64,000 nt of DNA from an uncultured Microthrixaceae bacterium (GCA_963793965.1 CAWCCB010000001.1:125071-189070), one strand, 5' to 3'. Shown: positions 1 through 9,153, numbered from the stretch's first letter. The notes: generated by a model from the letters alone, not told the origin. Made by a program: numbers and translations.

Positions 1-212
1 GCAGCAGAGCGACGCGGGGGCGGCGGAGCATGGTCATGGGCGGCCACTTCTCTCGGTTCGGCGGACGGCACCCCTGGGGCGCGGCCGAAGCCAGCCGTCA
101 CCGGGGAACGCCCAGAGCATGGTCAGGTCGGGTGAGCGCGACCTGTCCCGAATGGGAACGGCGAGGCAACGCTGGGTGAACAATCGGGGACGGCAACGAA
201 GCGTCGGTGCGC

Positions 213-876
213 TCAACCTGCGAAGGTCACCGGGAAGGACCGGAACCCGAACCCGTTCGGGTACTGGAGGCGAACCACCAACTGGCAGGGATGGGCCGGT
301 CCACACGTGATGGCCACCTTGTCCAGGTTCTCGGTGGTGAAGTGGTCGGTGCCCACACCCACCCGGAAGGTGAGCGTGCCGGTCTTGTAGGGCGATGCCA
401 CCGGCACCTCCAGGTAGGCGTCCGAGTTGGACGACAGAGGGTGGAGGATGCAGTTGCCCGCCGGATCGGGCGTGTAGTCGTAGAAGGTGGTGATGGCCGG
501 CGATCCCGCGCACAAGCGGGCGTCGAGGCCGTAGAAGGCCGAGCCCGGATCCGCCGTCACCGTCACGGTCACGACCTGGCCGTCGTGGAGGTTGGTGGTG
601 CCGCTGACGGCCACCTTCAGCGGGATGGGCTGGGTGGTCGTGGTGGCGGCGCCCTGGCCCGATGCGGCGGTCGTGCTCGTCGTGGGCGCGGGGCTGGTCG
701 ACGACGTCGAGCTCGGCATGGCTCGAGGGGCGGGTGGCACCGGCCGACGAGGTGGTGGCCGACGCCGACGAGGAGCCCTTGGAGCCCGAGCCGGCGTTCA
801 CCACCAGGACCACCACGGCGATCAGGATGACGACGGACACGCCCGCGCCCACCAGGATTCGGTTCCGACCGGTCAT
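213..876 (-). CDS. membrane-anchored Ser/Thr-rich surface protein with a C-terminal 4-Cys domain; one internal frameshift needed
   Basis: N-terminal signal-anchor MTGRNRILVGAGVSVVILIAVVVLVV (frame of ORF 34..876), then S/T-rich linker. The domain ...FYDYTPDPAGNC...ITCGPAHPCQLV...FPVTFAG* lies in the frame of ORF 213..740. It is clearly paralogous to the N-terminal domain of 2710..4377 (...FDYTPTQGGNC...ITCQAGITCKL...FPVQFAG). Confidence 0.45.
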
Positions 877-1004
877 GGATCTGTCTCCTCAAGGCGGTCC
901 GACGCGGGCCGGGCGCGGGGACAGTACCGAGAGCGACCCTGGCGGGGAAGTCAGCGGGGCCGTCTGGCCGGAGTCTTCTACGAGTTGCCATCCGCCGGTC
1001 CCCT

Positions 1005-1025
1005 GGTGGACAACTTCTGTCCACC
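1005..1025. promoter_or_regulatory. perfect inverted repeat GGTGGACA-N5-TGTCCACC in the intergenic region between surface-protein genes
   Basis: Seen directly in sequence at 1005-1025, lying 5' of the 213..876 gene and 3' of the 1331..2494 gene on the minus strand. Function as hairpin or operator is unknown. Confidence 0.25.
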
Positions 1026-1330
1026 TTCCGGTCACCTTCGGACCCGCGACGAGGCAGATCCCGAGGTCTGACCGACCCCCGTCGCCAGCCGCGGCGGCTC
1101 GGCTCGACGTCCCGCCGCCTGCTCGACGCGGCGTGAGACCGCCACCAGCATCCGGCCGGCCAACATCAGCCCGACCGCTAGGGCCAGCAGCAGGGGCAGC
1201 AGCGGCGCGCCGGTCCGGGGCAGGGTGCCGGCCATGGGCACGCCCGTGGTGGAGGCCGCCGCGGCCACCGCCACCGTGGAGGGCGGAGGCCCGGTGGGCA
1301 CCACCACGGTGATGGTCTGGCCGACCGACA

Positions 1331-2494
1331 TCAGCCGTCGACGCTCGAGCAGGCAACTTCTACCGGGTCCCCCGGCGGCTCGGTCCCGGACGAGGGGGGC
1401 ATGGGCGCCGAGGGAGAGGCTTTCGGGCCCTTGCTCCGTCGGCGGCGGTAGCGGTGGATGCCCCACCCGACGATCAGGGCCAACACGACCAGCAGCAGCC
1501 ATGGGACAGCCCACACGCTCGAGCTGGCGCTGGCAGTGGGGGGAGGCGGCCGCAACGCGCCCTGCTTCGAGAACGGATGCACGGTCACCACGGACGAGAC
1601 GCGGACGGTCGGCAGCACGCCGGTCAGGTGCAGGTGACCGCTCACGCTGCCACCGGGGAGCAGCTCGGGCACGTCGGCATGCGCCTTGCGCTTGAGCACC
1701 CATCCGAACGGGCCCTCCACCTCCACCTGCTGGTGACCCGCCAGGCGGACGTTGCCCACGTTCACCACTCGATAGGTGAGATCGAGCGAGCCGCCGCCCA
1801 AGCCCAGGGCTGAGCGGTGATAGTGGCTCTGGATCCCGACGACGGCCAGGCGCGGGTGCAAGGGCCCGGCCACCCGCACGTAGAGGGGCACACCGACCCG
1901 ATGCTCGACGGCCACCCGCTGGCCGGTGGCCGTGGTGGTCGAGCCGCGGATGGCCGCCAGGATGCCCGCTCCGTGGTCGCCCGGTGACGCCCCCTTGGGC
2001 ACGATGACGACGAACGGGATCACCACCGCGCTGCTGGCCGGCACCACCACCGCGGCCTGCTCGAGCTTGATCCACGACCCCGCGTCGGTCGGCTGCTGGT
2101 CGAAGCGCTTGAGATCGAGCTGACCCTCGGCCGTGTCCAGGGCGTCGTTGGCGTAGACCTGGAAGGCGGTGGCGTGATCGGCGTAGTTGAACAGCGTTAC
2201 GCGGTCGGCCGCCTGGCCCCCCGGCGCCAGCTCGAACGAGAACGAGGTGCGTGAGCCCGGCTGGGTCGGATCGGCACCCGTGGGGGTCAACGCGAACTGC
2301 TCGGTGGGCGTGGGCTCGGCTTGAGGTTGCTTGGCCGCGGCGCCGCTGGCGCCGCCGCTGATCGTGACGGCCACCACGGCAACCGCCGCCGCCAGCCAGG
2401 CCACGGCCAGGTGACCGGCTCGGGGCCGGTCCCCCACGGGTCGGGGACCCATCCGAGGCGGATGGAGGCGGGAACGAAGGCCGGGTGAACGCAT
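1331..2494 (-). CDS. DUF916/DUF3324-like cell-surface protein with C-terminal TM anchor and RRRRS tail (CscA-like partner of WxL proteins)
   Basis: N-terminal signal peptide (…AVAWLAAAVAVVAVTISGGASG) and a beta-rich central region. The C-terminus has a TM helix followed by a basic tail (WAVPWLLLVVLALIVGWGIHRYRRRRSKG). This architecture is typical of DUF916/DUF3324 proteins that accompany WxL proteins. Start taken at ATG 2494 with an AGGA RBS; alternative start at 2452. Confidence 0.5.
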   Translation of the reverse strand: MRSPGLRSRLHPPRMGPRPVGDRPRAGHLAVAWLAAAVAVVAVTISGGASGAAAKQPQAEPTPTEQFALTPTGADPTQPGSRTSFSFELAPGGQAADRVTLFNYADHATAFQVYANDALDTAEGQLDLKRFDQQPTDAGSWIKLEQAAVVVPASSAVVIPFVVIVPKGASPGDHGAGILAAIRGSTTTATGQRVAVEHRVGVPLYVRVAGPLHPRLAVVGIQSHYHRSALGLGGGSLDLTYRVVNVGNVRLAGHQQVEVEGPFGWVLKRKAHADVPELLPGGSVSGHLHLTGVLPTVRVSSVVTVHPFSKQGALRPPPPTASASSSVWAVPWLLLVVLALIVGWGIHRYRRRRSKGPKASPSAPMPPSSGTEPPGDPVEVACSSVDG

Positions 2495-2709
2495 GCGGCA
2501 ATCCTGGTTCGTATCGGGGTGGGAAGCCATCGGGCGGGGATACGCCAAAGGCTGGGACGGAGTCATCCGTCCCAGCCAAAGGCATGGTGGCCGCAGCGTC
2601 GCGAGCCACCACCTTGGTCAGGCGGCGGGGCGGACGGCTGCCCGTCCCGCCGGTCCTGCGTTGGGGTGAGGGTGCGGGGCCCGATCGGAACCAGACCCCG
2701 CACCGCTCA

Positions 2710-4377
2710 CTAGTTGGTCAGCAGCGTGAAGGTGAGGACCGCGGTGTAGGCGCCGGAATGGGCGCTCACCGGGATCTGCACGATCACGGCGCCGTTGATG
2801 AGGGAGTCACCCAGACCACCGCCGGCGTCGGCGTTGGCCACGGTGTGGGTGGTGGAGTACCCACCGGCCGGGCACCCGGCGGTGACGGCGGTGCCGGGAA
2901 CGGTGCTCTGCACGTACGGAGCCAGAGAGCCTTCGCCAGACGCGGCCGGCGCGAAGCCGAAGTTGCAGGCGGCGAAGGTGTTGGCGCCGCTGGTGAAGGG
3001 CGTCAGGGAGGCGTCCACGTGCCAGCCCACATCGGCGTCACGCTGGTCGCGGACCTCGACGTCGGAGACGTTCCCCGTGGCCTGGTAGAAGCCACTGGTC
3101 TGGTAGACGGCCGTCCCGAGATCGATGGCGCAGTTCTCGGGGGTGGGCGAACCCAGGTACGGCTTGTCGGCGTAGGGCCCGTCGGTGTTGCCCGAGCAGG
3201 CCTCGCCGATCACCAGGGCGCCGGCCGGCTTGGTCACCGTGAACGTCTGGGTGACCGACCCGAAGTTGCTGAGCGGCGTCACTGCCGCGCTCGGGGCCGA
3301 AGGGCTGGTGCCGCCGGCGTACGTGGCGGTGACCACGAACGTGTACGGCGTACCGTTGTCGAGCCCATCGAAGGTGCAGCTGAGGGCCGTGATGTCGGTG
3401 CAGCCCGCCGGCGGGGTGACCACCGGGTCGGAGGTCACGCTGTAGCTGGTGGGGCTACCGGTTGCCGGCGACCAGGTGAGGCTCACCTGGCCGTTCCCCG
3501 CCGTGGCGCCAGTGATGACCGCCGGGCTGGGCGCGGGACTGAACGTCACCGGGGCCGGCGTGCTGGTGAAGCCTCCGACGTTCACCGCCGCCACCGTGTA
3601 AGTGTAGGGAGTGAAGTCCGTCAGGCCGGTCACATGCAACGAAGTGCCCACCACGGTCTGGGGAGCGCCCGCCGAGGGGGAGGTCTCGGTGACCACGTAG
3701 TGGTCGATGGCCGAGCCACCGGTGTTGGCCGGAGCGGTCCAGTTGATGGTGCCCGAGGACTCACCGGGCGTGGCCGAGACCGCCGGAGCGTCCGGAGCGC
3801 CGGCGAACTGCACCGGGAAGCTGACGTAGTCGTTCGCACCGGGGACGGCCAGCGAGATCGCCAGCTTGCAGGTGATGCCGGCCTGACAGGTGATGGTGTG
3901 GCTGACCAGGTCCTCGTCGTTGAAGGTGGTGGTGCCTTCACCGATGGCGAAGTCCATGTCGGCGGTGAGGTTCGGTGGAGCGGTCGCCACCGTGGGGTGC
4001 AGGCTGCCTGCGCCGAGGACCACGTTCGCGCAGTTGCCCCCCTGGGTGGGCGTGTAGTCGAACGAGTTGTTGATGGTGGCGTTGGCGCACTCACGACCTT
4101 CGACACCGAAGATGGAGCTCGCCGCCGCGTTGGGCGGGGACTGGGCGTCCACGTGGATGTGGATGTTCTCCCCGTCGGTCAGGCCGGTGATGGTTTGACC
4201 GAGGGTGTAGGTCGTGGTGCCGACGGTGGCAGTCACGGTTACAGGTGGATTGGCGGTCTCGGCGGAAGCCGTCGAGCTCAGCAGCGGGACGGTGAGCGCA
4301 ACCAGCGTCACCAGCGCCGAGAGGACGGCGAGCAGTCGGATCGCTGAGAAGCGACTGCTCGAGGGGCTTTCGTGCAT
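2710..4377 (-). CDS. secreted multidomain surface protein: N-terminal 4-Cys domain, two fibronectin type III repeats, C-terminal WxL domain
   Basis: Intact 555-aa ORF with a signal peptide (…LTVPLLSSTASAETA). Fn3-like repeats are present (…GTINWTAPANTGGSAIDHYVV…; …GQVSLTWSPATGSPTSYSV…). The C-terminus carries WxL hallmarks: VRDQRDADVGWHVDASLTPF, and a terminal …AYTAVLTFTLLTN*. Confidence 0.65.
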   Translation of the reverse strand: MHESPSSSRFSAIRLLAVLSALVTLVALTVPLLSSTASAETANPPVTVTATVGTTTYTLGQTITGLTDGENIHIHVDAQSPPNAAASSIFGVEGRECANATINNSFDYTPTQGGNCANVVLGAGSLHPTVATAPPNLTADMDFAIGEGTTTFNDEDLVSHTITCQAGITCKLAISLAVPGANDYVSFPVQFAGAPDAPAVSATPGESSGTINWTAPANTGGSAIDHYVVTETSPSAGAPQTVVGTSLHVTGLTDFTPYTYTVAAVNVGGFTSTPAPVTFSPAPSPAVITGATAGNGQVSLTWSPATGSPTSYSVTSDPVVTPPAGCTDITALSCTFDGLDNGTPYTFVVTATYAGGTSPSAPSAAVTPLSNFGSVTQTFTVTKPAGALVIGEACSGNTDGPYADKPYLGSPTPENCAIDLGTAVYQTSGFYQATGNVSDVEVRDQRDADVGWHVDASLTPFTSGANTFAACNFGFAPAASGEGSLAPYVQSTVPGTAVTAGCPAGGYSTTHTVANADAGGGLGDSLINGAVIVQIPVSAHSGAYTAVLTFTLLTN

Positions 4378-4588
4378 GAGGTGTTCTCCTCGTGTCGGTA
4401 CTGCGAGATTGGGGATCGGGCCGAACTGGGACGCGCTCGGCGAGAGACTGGTCGAACCAGACCGGGCGACTGTTCTGTAGAAGGGCCCGGACCGGGGGAG
4501 ATCACCGACGCTCCTTCCGGGAACCCGGCTGGGCTCCCGGAAGGAGGACGGTTGTAGTGGCGATCGGCAGCGTGCCGATCAGGCGCGA

Positions 4589-5926
4589 TCAGGCGCCGTA
4601 GTTGCGGCAGGTGGAACCGGCCAGATTGGCGGCGAGGCCACCGCTGGCCGTAAGCGGTGAGAACCCGGAACTGGCCAGGGCACCCCGCTCGCTGTTGCTG
4701 CACAGCGGGCTCTTGGCGCCCGAAGGCACGTTGTTGAACCCGACCAAGGCCTGGGTCTCGGCGAAGTTCGGGTTGGCCGAGTCGAGCACATACCAGACGT
4801 AGCGGACACCGGTGTACAGCGTGGTCGGCGATCCGTTCGCCGCGATGTACTCGGCCGTGTTGTCCTCGTTGATCGGCGCGTTCGGGTTGGAGGCGTTCAC
4901 CGAGTTCGGCTCCCACACACCACTGGTGTTCCAGCGCAGGTAGTTGTCCGCCGGACCCGACGTGGGGGTGACACCGCCCAGCTTGACGCCGTTGCGCAGG
5001 TCGAGCGTGGGGTTCACGTGGTTGTTGGCCTGGAAGACCCACTGGCCGGCCGAGTAGGGAAGGATCGCCGCCTGGTAGTTCTCGGCGTCCAGCTCGTTGC
5101 CGGTGTTCTCCTCCAGCGGCTTGCCCGAGTTGTCCAGCTGGGTGTTGATGACCGCTGGGCAGGCAAAGGTCGAGCCGGCTGGCGGTGTGGTGGAGCTCAC
5201 CAGTGCAGGGTCAACGCCGTTCAGCCAGTTGCTCAGGAAGAACGAATAGGTGCCCGAGCCCGACTGTGGCATGTACCGCTGGATGGCGTGGCCGGCGATG
5301 CCGCCCACCTGGCCCCAGTCGGTGTAGGTGCAGGCGTAGATGCCGTCGAGCTGCGCCTTGGTCATGGTCGCCGGGGCATAGATGCTCGGCGAGGCCCAGC
5401 TGACCGCGTCCAGAGCGAACGCGTTGAAGATCAGGTTCGCGCTGCCGTCACCGGCCGAGCCCTTGGGCCCACGGGACGAGCGACCGATGGAGATGCACCC
5501 GGTCCCAGCGCCAGTGGTCGGCCAGTTGCCGGCCTCGGCGGCCACCATGGCATTCACCCCAGCATTCGACCCGTTGGGGGCCTGGAAGAAGCCGGCGGGC
5601 GGTGACGAGCTGGTCGTGTACTTGTACTGGGATCCGCAGTTGGGACCGGCAGGAACGGTGTAGGTGAGGTCGGGTTGACCGGCCCCGACCGCAGCGTGGA
5701 GGTTGCGCCCCACGTCGGTCGTGCCGTTGGCCGTGTTGTAGGCCGCTACGACGTCGCTGATGACCGGGTCGCTCACGTTCTGGATGGTGTCGGAACCACC
5801 CACGACGATCTGCGTGGTCGGATGGGTCACCGCATGGGCGGCTGGCGCCACCCCGGCGATCACGGTGCCAAGGGTGCAGAGCGCCGTGGCGGCGATCAGT
5901 CCCCGACGAAGGAGGGTTCTCTTCAC
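4589..5926 (-). CDS. secreted PstS-family (PBP-like_2 fold) substrate-binding protein, divergent and long
   Basis: Intact 445-aa ORF with GTG start and signal peptide (…ALCTLGTVIAGVAPAAHA). PstS-like motifs are present (…ISIGRSSRGPKGSAGDGSANLIFNAFALDAVSW…). The protein is longer than canonical PstS. Confidence 0.55.
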   Translation of the reverse strand: MKRTLLRRGLIAATALCTLGTVIAGVAPAAHAVTHPTTQIVVGGSDTIQNVSDPVISDVVAAYNTANGTTDVGRNLHAAVGAGQPDLTYTVPAGPNCGSQYKYTTSSSPPAGFFQAPNGSNAGVNAMVAAEAGNWPTTGAGTGCISIGRSSRGPKGSAGDGSANLIFNAFALDAVSWASPSIYAPATMTKAQLDGIYACTYTDWGQVGGIAGHAIQRYMPQSGSGTYSFFLSNWLNGVDPALVSSTTPPAGSTFACPAVINTQLDNSGKPLEENTGNELDAENYQAAILPYSAGQWVFQANNHVNPTLDLRNGVKLGGVTPTSGPADNYLRWNTSGVWEPNSVNASNPNAPINEDNTAEYIAANGSPTTLYTGVRYVWYVLDSANPNFAETQALVGFNNVPSGAKSPLCSNSERGALASSGFSPLTASGGLAANLAGSTCRNYGA

Positions 5927-6171
5927 TGTGGCATGGTCCTTTCACAGGTGGATGCGATGACCGTGGCCACACGAGTTCCTTCTCGCCCCGGTCGGCTCAG
6001 TTCTCTCACCCCCACATGAACGCCCCACCCGTGCCAAGGAAACTCCGGATGAAGTGCGTATCGCCGAGGGGCAAACCTTTTCGACGGCCTGGATCGGCGT
6101 CACACCCCGACAGTGACCTTTTGAATCAGCGTGCGTTGACTCAATCTCTATCGAGTGACATTGTGCTGGGC

Positions 6172-6843
6172 ATGCGCTTCCCCCTCACCGTCGAATTGCG
6201 AGCGGCGCGACACACGGCACTCGGTGACCCAGGCCGGTTGGAACTCGTAGACGAGCTGTCCGTGTCGGATCGCGCTCCGGTCGAGTTGCGTCGCCGGCTC
6301 GGGATGGAATCGAACCTGTTGGCCCACCATCTCGATGTCCTCGAGCGTGTGGGGCTGATCGAACGGGCGCACTCCAGCGGCGACCGTCGCCGCCGCTACG
6401 TGCGACTCGTGCCCGAAGCACTGGAGGGTCTCGCCCCCGGCCGACCGCTCCAGATGGGTGCCGCACTGTTCGTGTGCAGCGCCAACTCAGCGCGCTCTCA
6501 GATGGCCGCCGGCCTGTGGCTCCAGGCCACCGGTGAGCCCGCCATCTCGGCCGGAACCCATCCCGCCGAGCGGGTCGATCCCGGTGCCGTGGCCGCTGCA
6601 CGCAGGGCTGGGCTCGATCTCGATGGGGCCACGCCCCGTGATCTGGCCGACCTCGAGACGATGCCGGCGCTGGTGATCACCGTGTGCGACCGGGCCCACG
6701 AGGAGCTCGACCCGAATGACACCTGGTTGCACTGGTCGATCCCAGACCCGGTTCCCATCGGGACCAGGGCGGCGTTCGATGCCGCTCTGGTCGAGCTCCG
6801 CGACCGGATCCGCAACGTCGTCGCTCTGGCAGACGCATCATGA
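6172..6843 (+). CDS. fusion protein: ArsR-family HTH regulator plus LMW-PTP-type arsenate reductase domain
   Basis: N-terminal ArsR-like HTH (…ESNLLAHHLDVLERVGLIER…RRRYVRL). The C-terminal half carries the LMW phosphatase P-loop ALFVCSANSARSQMAAG (CX5R). Start taken at the internal ATG of ORF 6016..6843, which lies just after an AT-rich promoter-like stretch. The stop overlaps the next gene's ATG (ATGA). Confidence 0.65.
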   Translation: MRFPLTVELRAARHTALGDPGRLELVDELSVSDRAPVELRRRLGMESNLLAHHLDVLERVGLIERAHSSGDRRRRYVRLVPEALEGLAPGRPLQMGAALFVCSANSARSQMAAGLWLQATGEPAISAGTHPAERVDPGAVAAARRAGLDLDGATPRDLADLETMPALVITVCDRAHEELDPNDTWLHWSIPDPVPIGTRAAFDAALVELRDRIRNVVALADAS

Positions 6844-7592
6844 CGGACGAGCTGCATCCCAGCGACGTCGAGCTCGGCGTCGAGGTCGAGACCGGCACCG
6901 GGGCGCTCCGACTCGATCTGACCCGCCGTCTGGCTGCCGAGGCATTCGGGACCGGAATGCTGGTCGTAGCCGTGATCGGCTCGGGCATCGCCGCCAGTCG
7001 CTTGTCCACCGGCGACGTCGGTCTGCAGCTCCTCGAAAACGCGGCGGCCACCGCGGCCGCGCTCATCGGACTGATCTTGATGTTCGCCGCCGTGTCCGGC
7101 GCACATTTCAACCCGGCGGTCAGCTTGCTCGACCGGATGTTGGGTACCACCAGGACCCGCGATACGGGGTTCTACATCGTCGCCCAGGTGATCGGCGGCT
7201 GCCTCGGGGCGATGCTCGCCAACGTGATGTTCGACCTTCCCGTCGTGAGCATCTCCACCCACACCCGGTCCTCACCCGCCCTCTGGGTGTCCGAGGTGGT
7301 CGCCACGGTCACGCTGCTGTTGTTGATCCAGGCATGCGTGCGCACCGGGCGGGCGAACGTCATCCCCTTCGCAGTGGGCGCGTGGATCGGCGGGGCCTAC
7401 TGGTTCACCTCTTCGACCAGCTTCGCCAACCCGGCTGTCACCATCGCTCGCACGCTGTCGAACAGCTTCGCCGGTATCGCCCCATCCTCGGCGCCGATGT
7501 TCATCGTCATGCAGCTCATCGGCACGATGATCGCCTTCGGGCTGGTCCGCCTCTTCTACCCCCACCACCATTCGGAGTCCCCTGATGCCTGA
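6840..7592 (+). CDS. aqpS: MIP-family aquaglyceroporin (AqpS-like arsenite channel)
   Basis: Two NPA boxes are present (GAHFNPAVSL and FANPAVTIAR) in a six-TM MIP topology. The gene is embedded in an ars cluster. Confidence 0.65.
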   Translation: MTDELHPSDVELGVEVETGTGALRLDLTRRLAAEAFGTGMLVVAVIGSGIAASRLSTGDVGLQLLENAAATAAALIGLILMFAAVSGAHFNPAVSLLDRMLGTTRTRDTGFYIVAQVIGGCLGAMLANVMFDLPVVSISTHTRSSPALWVSEVVATVTLLLLIQACVRTGRANVIPFAVGAWIGGAYWFTSSTSFANPAVTIARTLSNSFAGIAPSSAPMFIVMQLIGTMIAFGLVRLFYPHHHSESPDA

Positions 7593-8028
7593 AACCGACA
7601 CGACCGTCTCGCGCCCCGAAGTCCTGTTCGTCTGCGTCCACAACGCCGGCCGTTCGCAGATGGCCGCGGCGCTCCTCGCCCACCACGGCGGCGATCGGAT
7701 CGTCGTTCGCTCCGCCGGATCGGACCCAGCCGAGAACATCAACCCGGCGGTCGTGGACGCGATGAGCGAGCTCGGCATCGACCTCCGCGCCGCTGGCGCC
7801 CATCCGAAGAAGCTCGATGGCGCCGCCGTGCGGGCCTCGGACGTCGTGGTCACCATGGGCTGCGGTGACGCCTGCCCGATCTACCCAGGCAAGCGTTATG
7901 AGGACTGGGATCTCGATGATCCGGCCGGACAGGGCATCGACGCAGTCCGCCCGATCCGCGACGAGATCGACCGCCGCGCCCGCGCCCTGATCGCGGAGCT
8001 ACTCCCGGCGGCAAGTGCCGAAGCCTGA
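7585..8028 (+). CDS. arsC: arsenate reductase, low-molecular-weight phosphatase family
   Basis: P-loop VLFVCVHNAGRSQMAAALL and a downstream VVTMGCGDACP motif. 147 aa, intact. Confidence 0.8.
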   Translation: MPETDTTVSRPEVLFVCVHNAGRSQMAAALLAHHGGDRIVVRSAGSDPAENINPAVVDAMSELGIDLRAAGAHPKKLDGAAVRASDVVVTMGCGDACPIYPGKRYEDWDLDDPAGQGIDAVRPIRDEIDRRARALIAELLPAASAEA

Positions 8029-8039
8029 ACCGACGAGCC

Positions 8040-8687
8040 ATGACCGACAGCCTCAGCCACCTCCCGCTCGACCAGCAACACCTCATCCGGTCGGTGACGC
8101 ACCGACTCGAGCCATCGTTCGCAGGAACGTTCGGTCCCGAGACCATCGAGAGGTTCGTCCTGGACTCGCTCGACCGATTGCTCCCCACGGCCAAGATCGC
8201 GACGTACCTGCCCGTGCTGGCGGAGAAGTTCGCCAAGGAACGCCTCAACGCCCTCGCCCGCCTCGAGAGCACCGTGCCTTCCGCGACTCCCGGCGTGCTG
8301 TTCATGTGCGTGCACAACGCCGGCCGCTCCCAGATGGCAGAGGGCTGGCTCCGCCACCTCGCCGGCGACACGGTGGTGGTCTGGTCAGGGGGATCCGAGC
8401 CGGGTTCGGAGATCAACGCGGCGGCGGTCGCCGCCATGGCTGAGGTCGGCATCGACATCACCGGCGAGTTCCCCAAACCGTGGACCGACGAGATCGTGCG
8501 TGCCGCCGATGTCGTCATCACGATGGGCTGCGGCGACGCCTGCCCCCTCTACCCCGGCAAGCGCTACGAGGACTGGGAGCTCGACGACCCGGCGGGGAAG
8601 GACCTCGACGCCGTCCGCCCGATCCGGGACGAGATCCGTCGCCGCGTCGAGACCCTCCTGGCCTCTCTCGGCATCGATACGACCTGA
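8040..8687 (+). CDS. arsC: arsenate reductase paralog (LMW-PTP family) with ~85-aa N-terminal extension of unknown function
   Basis: The C-terminal 130 aa are ~70% identical to the 7585..8028 product (VLFMCVHNAGRSQMAEGWL…ITMGCGDACPLYPGKRYEDWELDDPAG). The N-terminal domain (MTDSLSHLPLDQQHLIRSVTHRLEPSFAGTFGPETIERFVLDSLDRLLPTAKIATYLPVLAEKFAKERL) is not recognised. Confidence 0.65.
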   Translation: MTDSLSHLPLDQQHLIRSVTHRLEPSFAGTFGPETIERFVLDSLDRLLPTAKIATYLPVLAEKFAKERLNALARLESTVPSATPGVLFMCVHNAGRSQMAEGWLRHLAGDTVVVWSGGSEPGSEINAAAVAAMAEVGIDITGEFPKPWTDEIVRAADVVITMGCGDACPLYPGKRYEDWELDDPAGKDLDAVRPIRDEIRRRVETLLASLGIDTT

Positions 8688-8703
8688 CCCAGCCGCGAGC
8701 CCG

Positions 8704-9036
8704 CTACTGGGGAGCGAGAGCCGACCGCAGACCTTCGAGACGCTCGGGAACGACCCGGTACCAGGCCCATCTGCCGCGCTTCTCCCGTGACAACAACCCG
8801 GCCTCGACCAGCATCGAGAGGTGATGCGACACCGTCGGTTGGGACTTGCCGACCGGCCCCACCAGGTCACACGCACACGCCTCTCCCGTCGTCGCCGCCG
8901 CCACCATCGACAGCAACCGCAACCGGGCCGGATCGGCGAGGACCTTGAACGCCGCCGCCAACTCCTCGGCATCGGACTCGCCGAGCACCGCGGAGGTGAC
9001 CGGCGCGCAACACCCCTCGAGCATCTCGACCTTCAT
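8704..9036 (-). CDS. arsR: ArsR/SmtB family metalloregulatory transcriptional repressor
   Basis: 110 aa. HTH region DPARLRLLSMVAAA…QPTVSHHLSMLVEAGLL, with Cys residues (CC near N-terminus, CAC in alpha3). Divergent from arsI. Confidence 0.8.
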   Translation of the reverse strand: MKVEMLEGCCAPVTSAVLGESDAEELAAAFKVLADPARLRLLSMVAAATTGEACACDLVGPVGKSQPTVSHHLSMLVEAGLLSREKRGRWAWYRVVPERLEGLRSALAPQ

Positions 9037-9079
9037 GACAACCTCGCCTCCCCCAGCGCATCAGTCGCAGAACAATGCA

Positions 9080-9120
9080 TTGACATTCGTCGATGTGTTG
9101 TTAGAGTGTGCTCACATCGA
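9080..9120 (+). promoter_or_regulatory. putative arsI-acr3 promoter (-35 TTGACA 9080-9085; -10 TAGAGT 9102-9107) overlapped by inverted repeat TCGATGTG-N15-CACATCGA (candidate ArsR operator)
   Basis: Hexamers with 16-nt spacing lie in the arsR/arsI divergent intergenic region. The inverted repeat is at 9090-9097 / 9113-9120, with additional TCGAT repeats up to 9133. A GGAGGA RBS sits at 9143-9148 before the GTG at 9154. Confidence 0.35.
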
Positions 9121-9153
9121 TCAATGTCGATGAACTCTAGCCGGAGGAATCCC

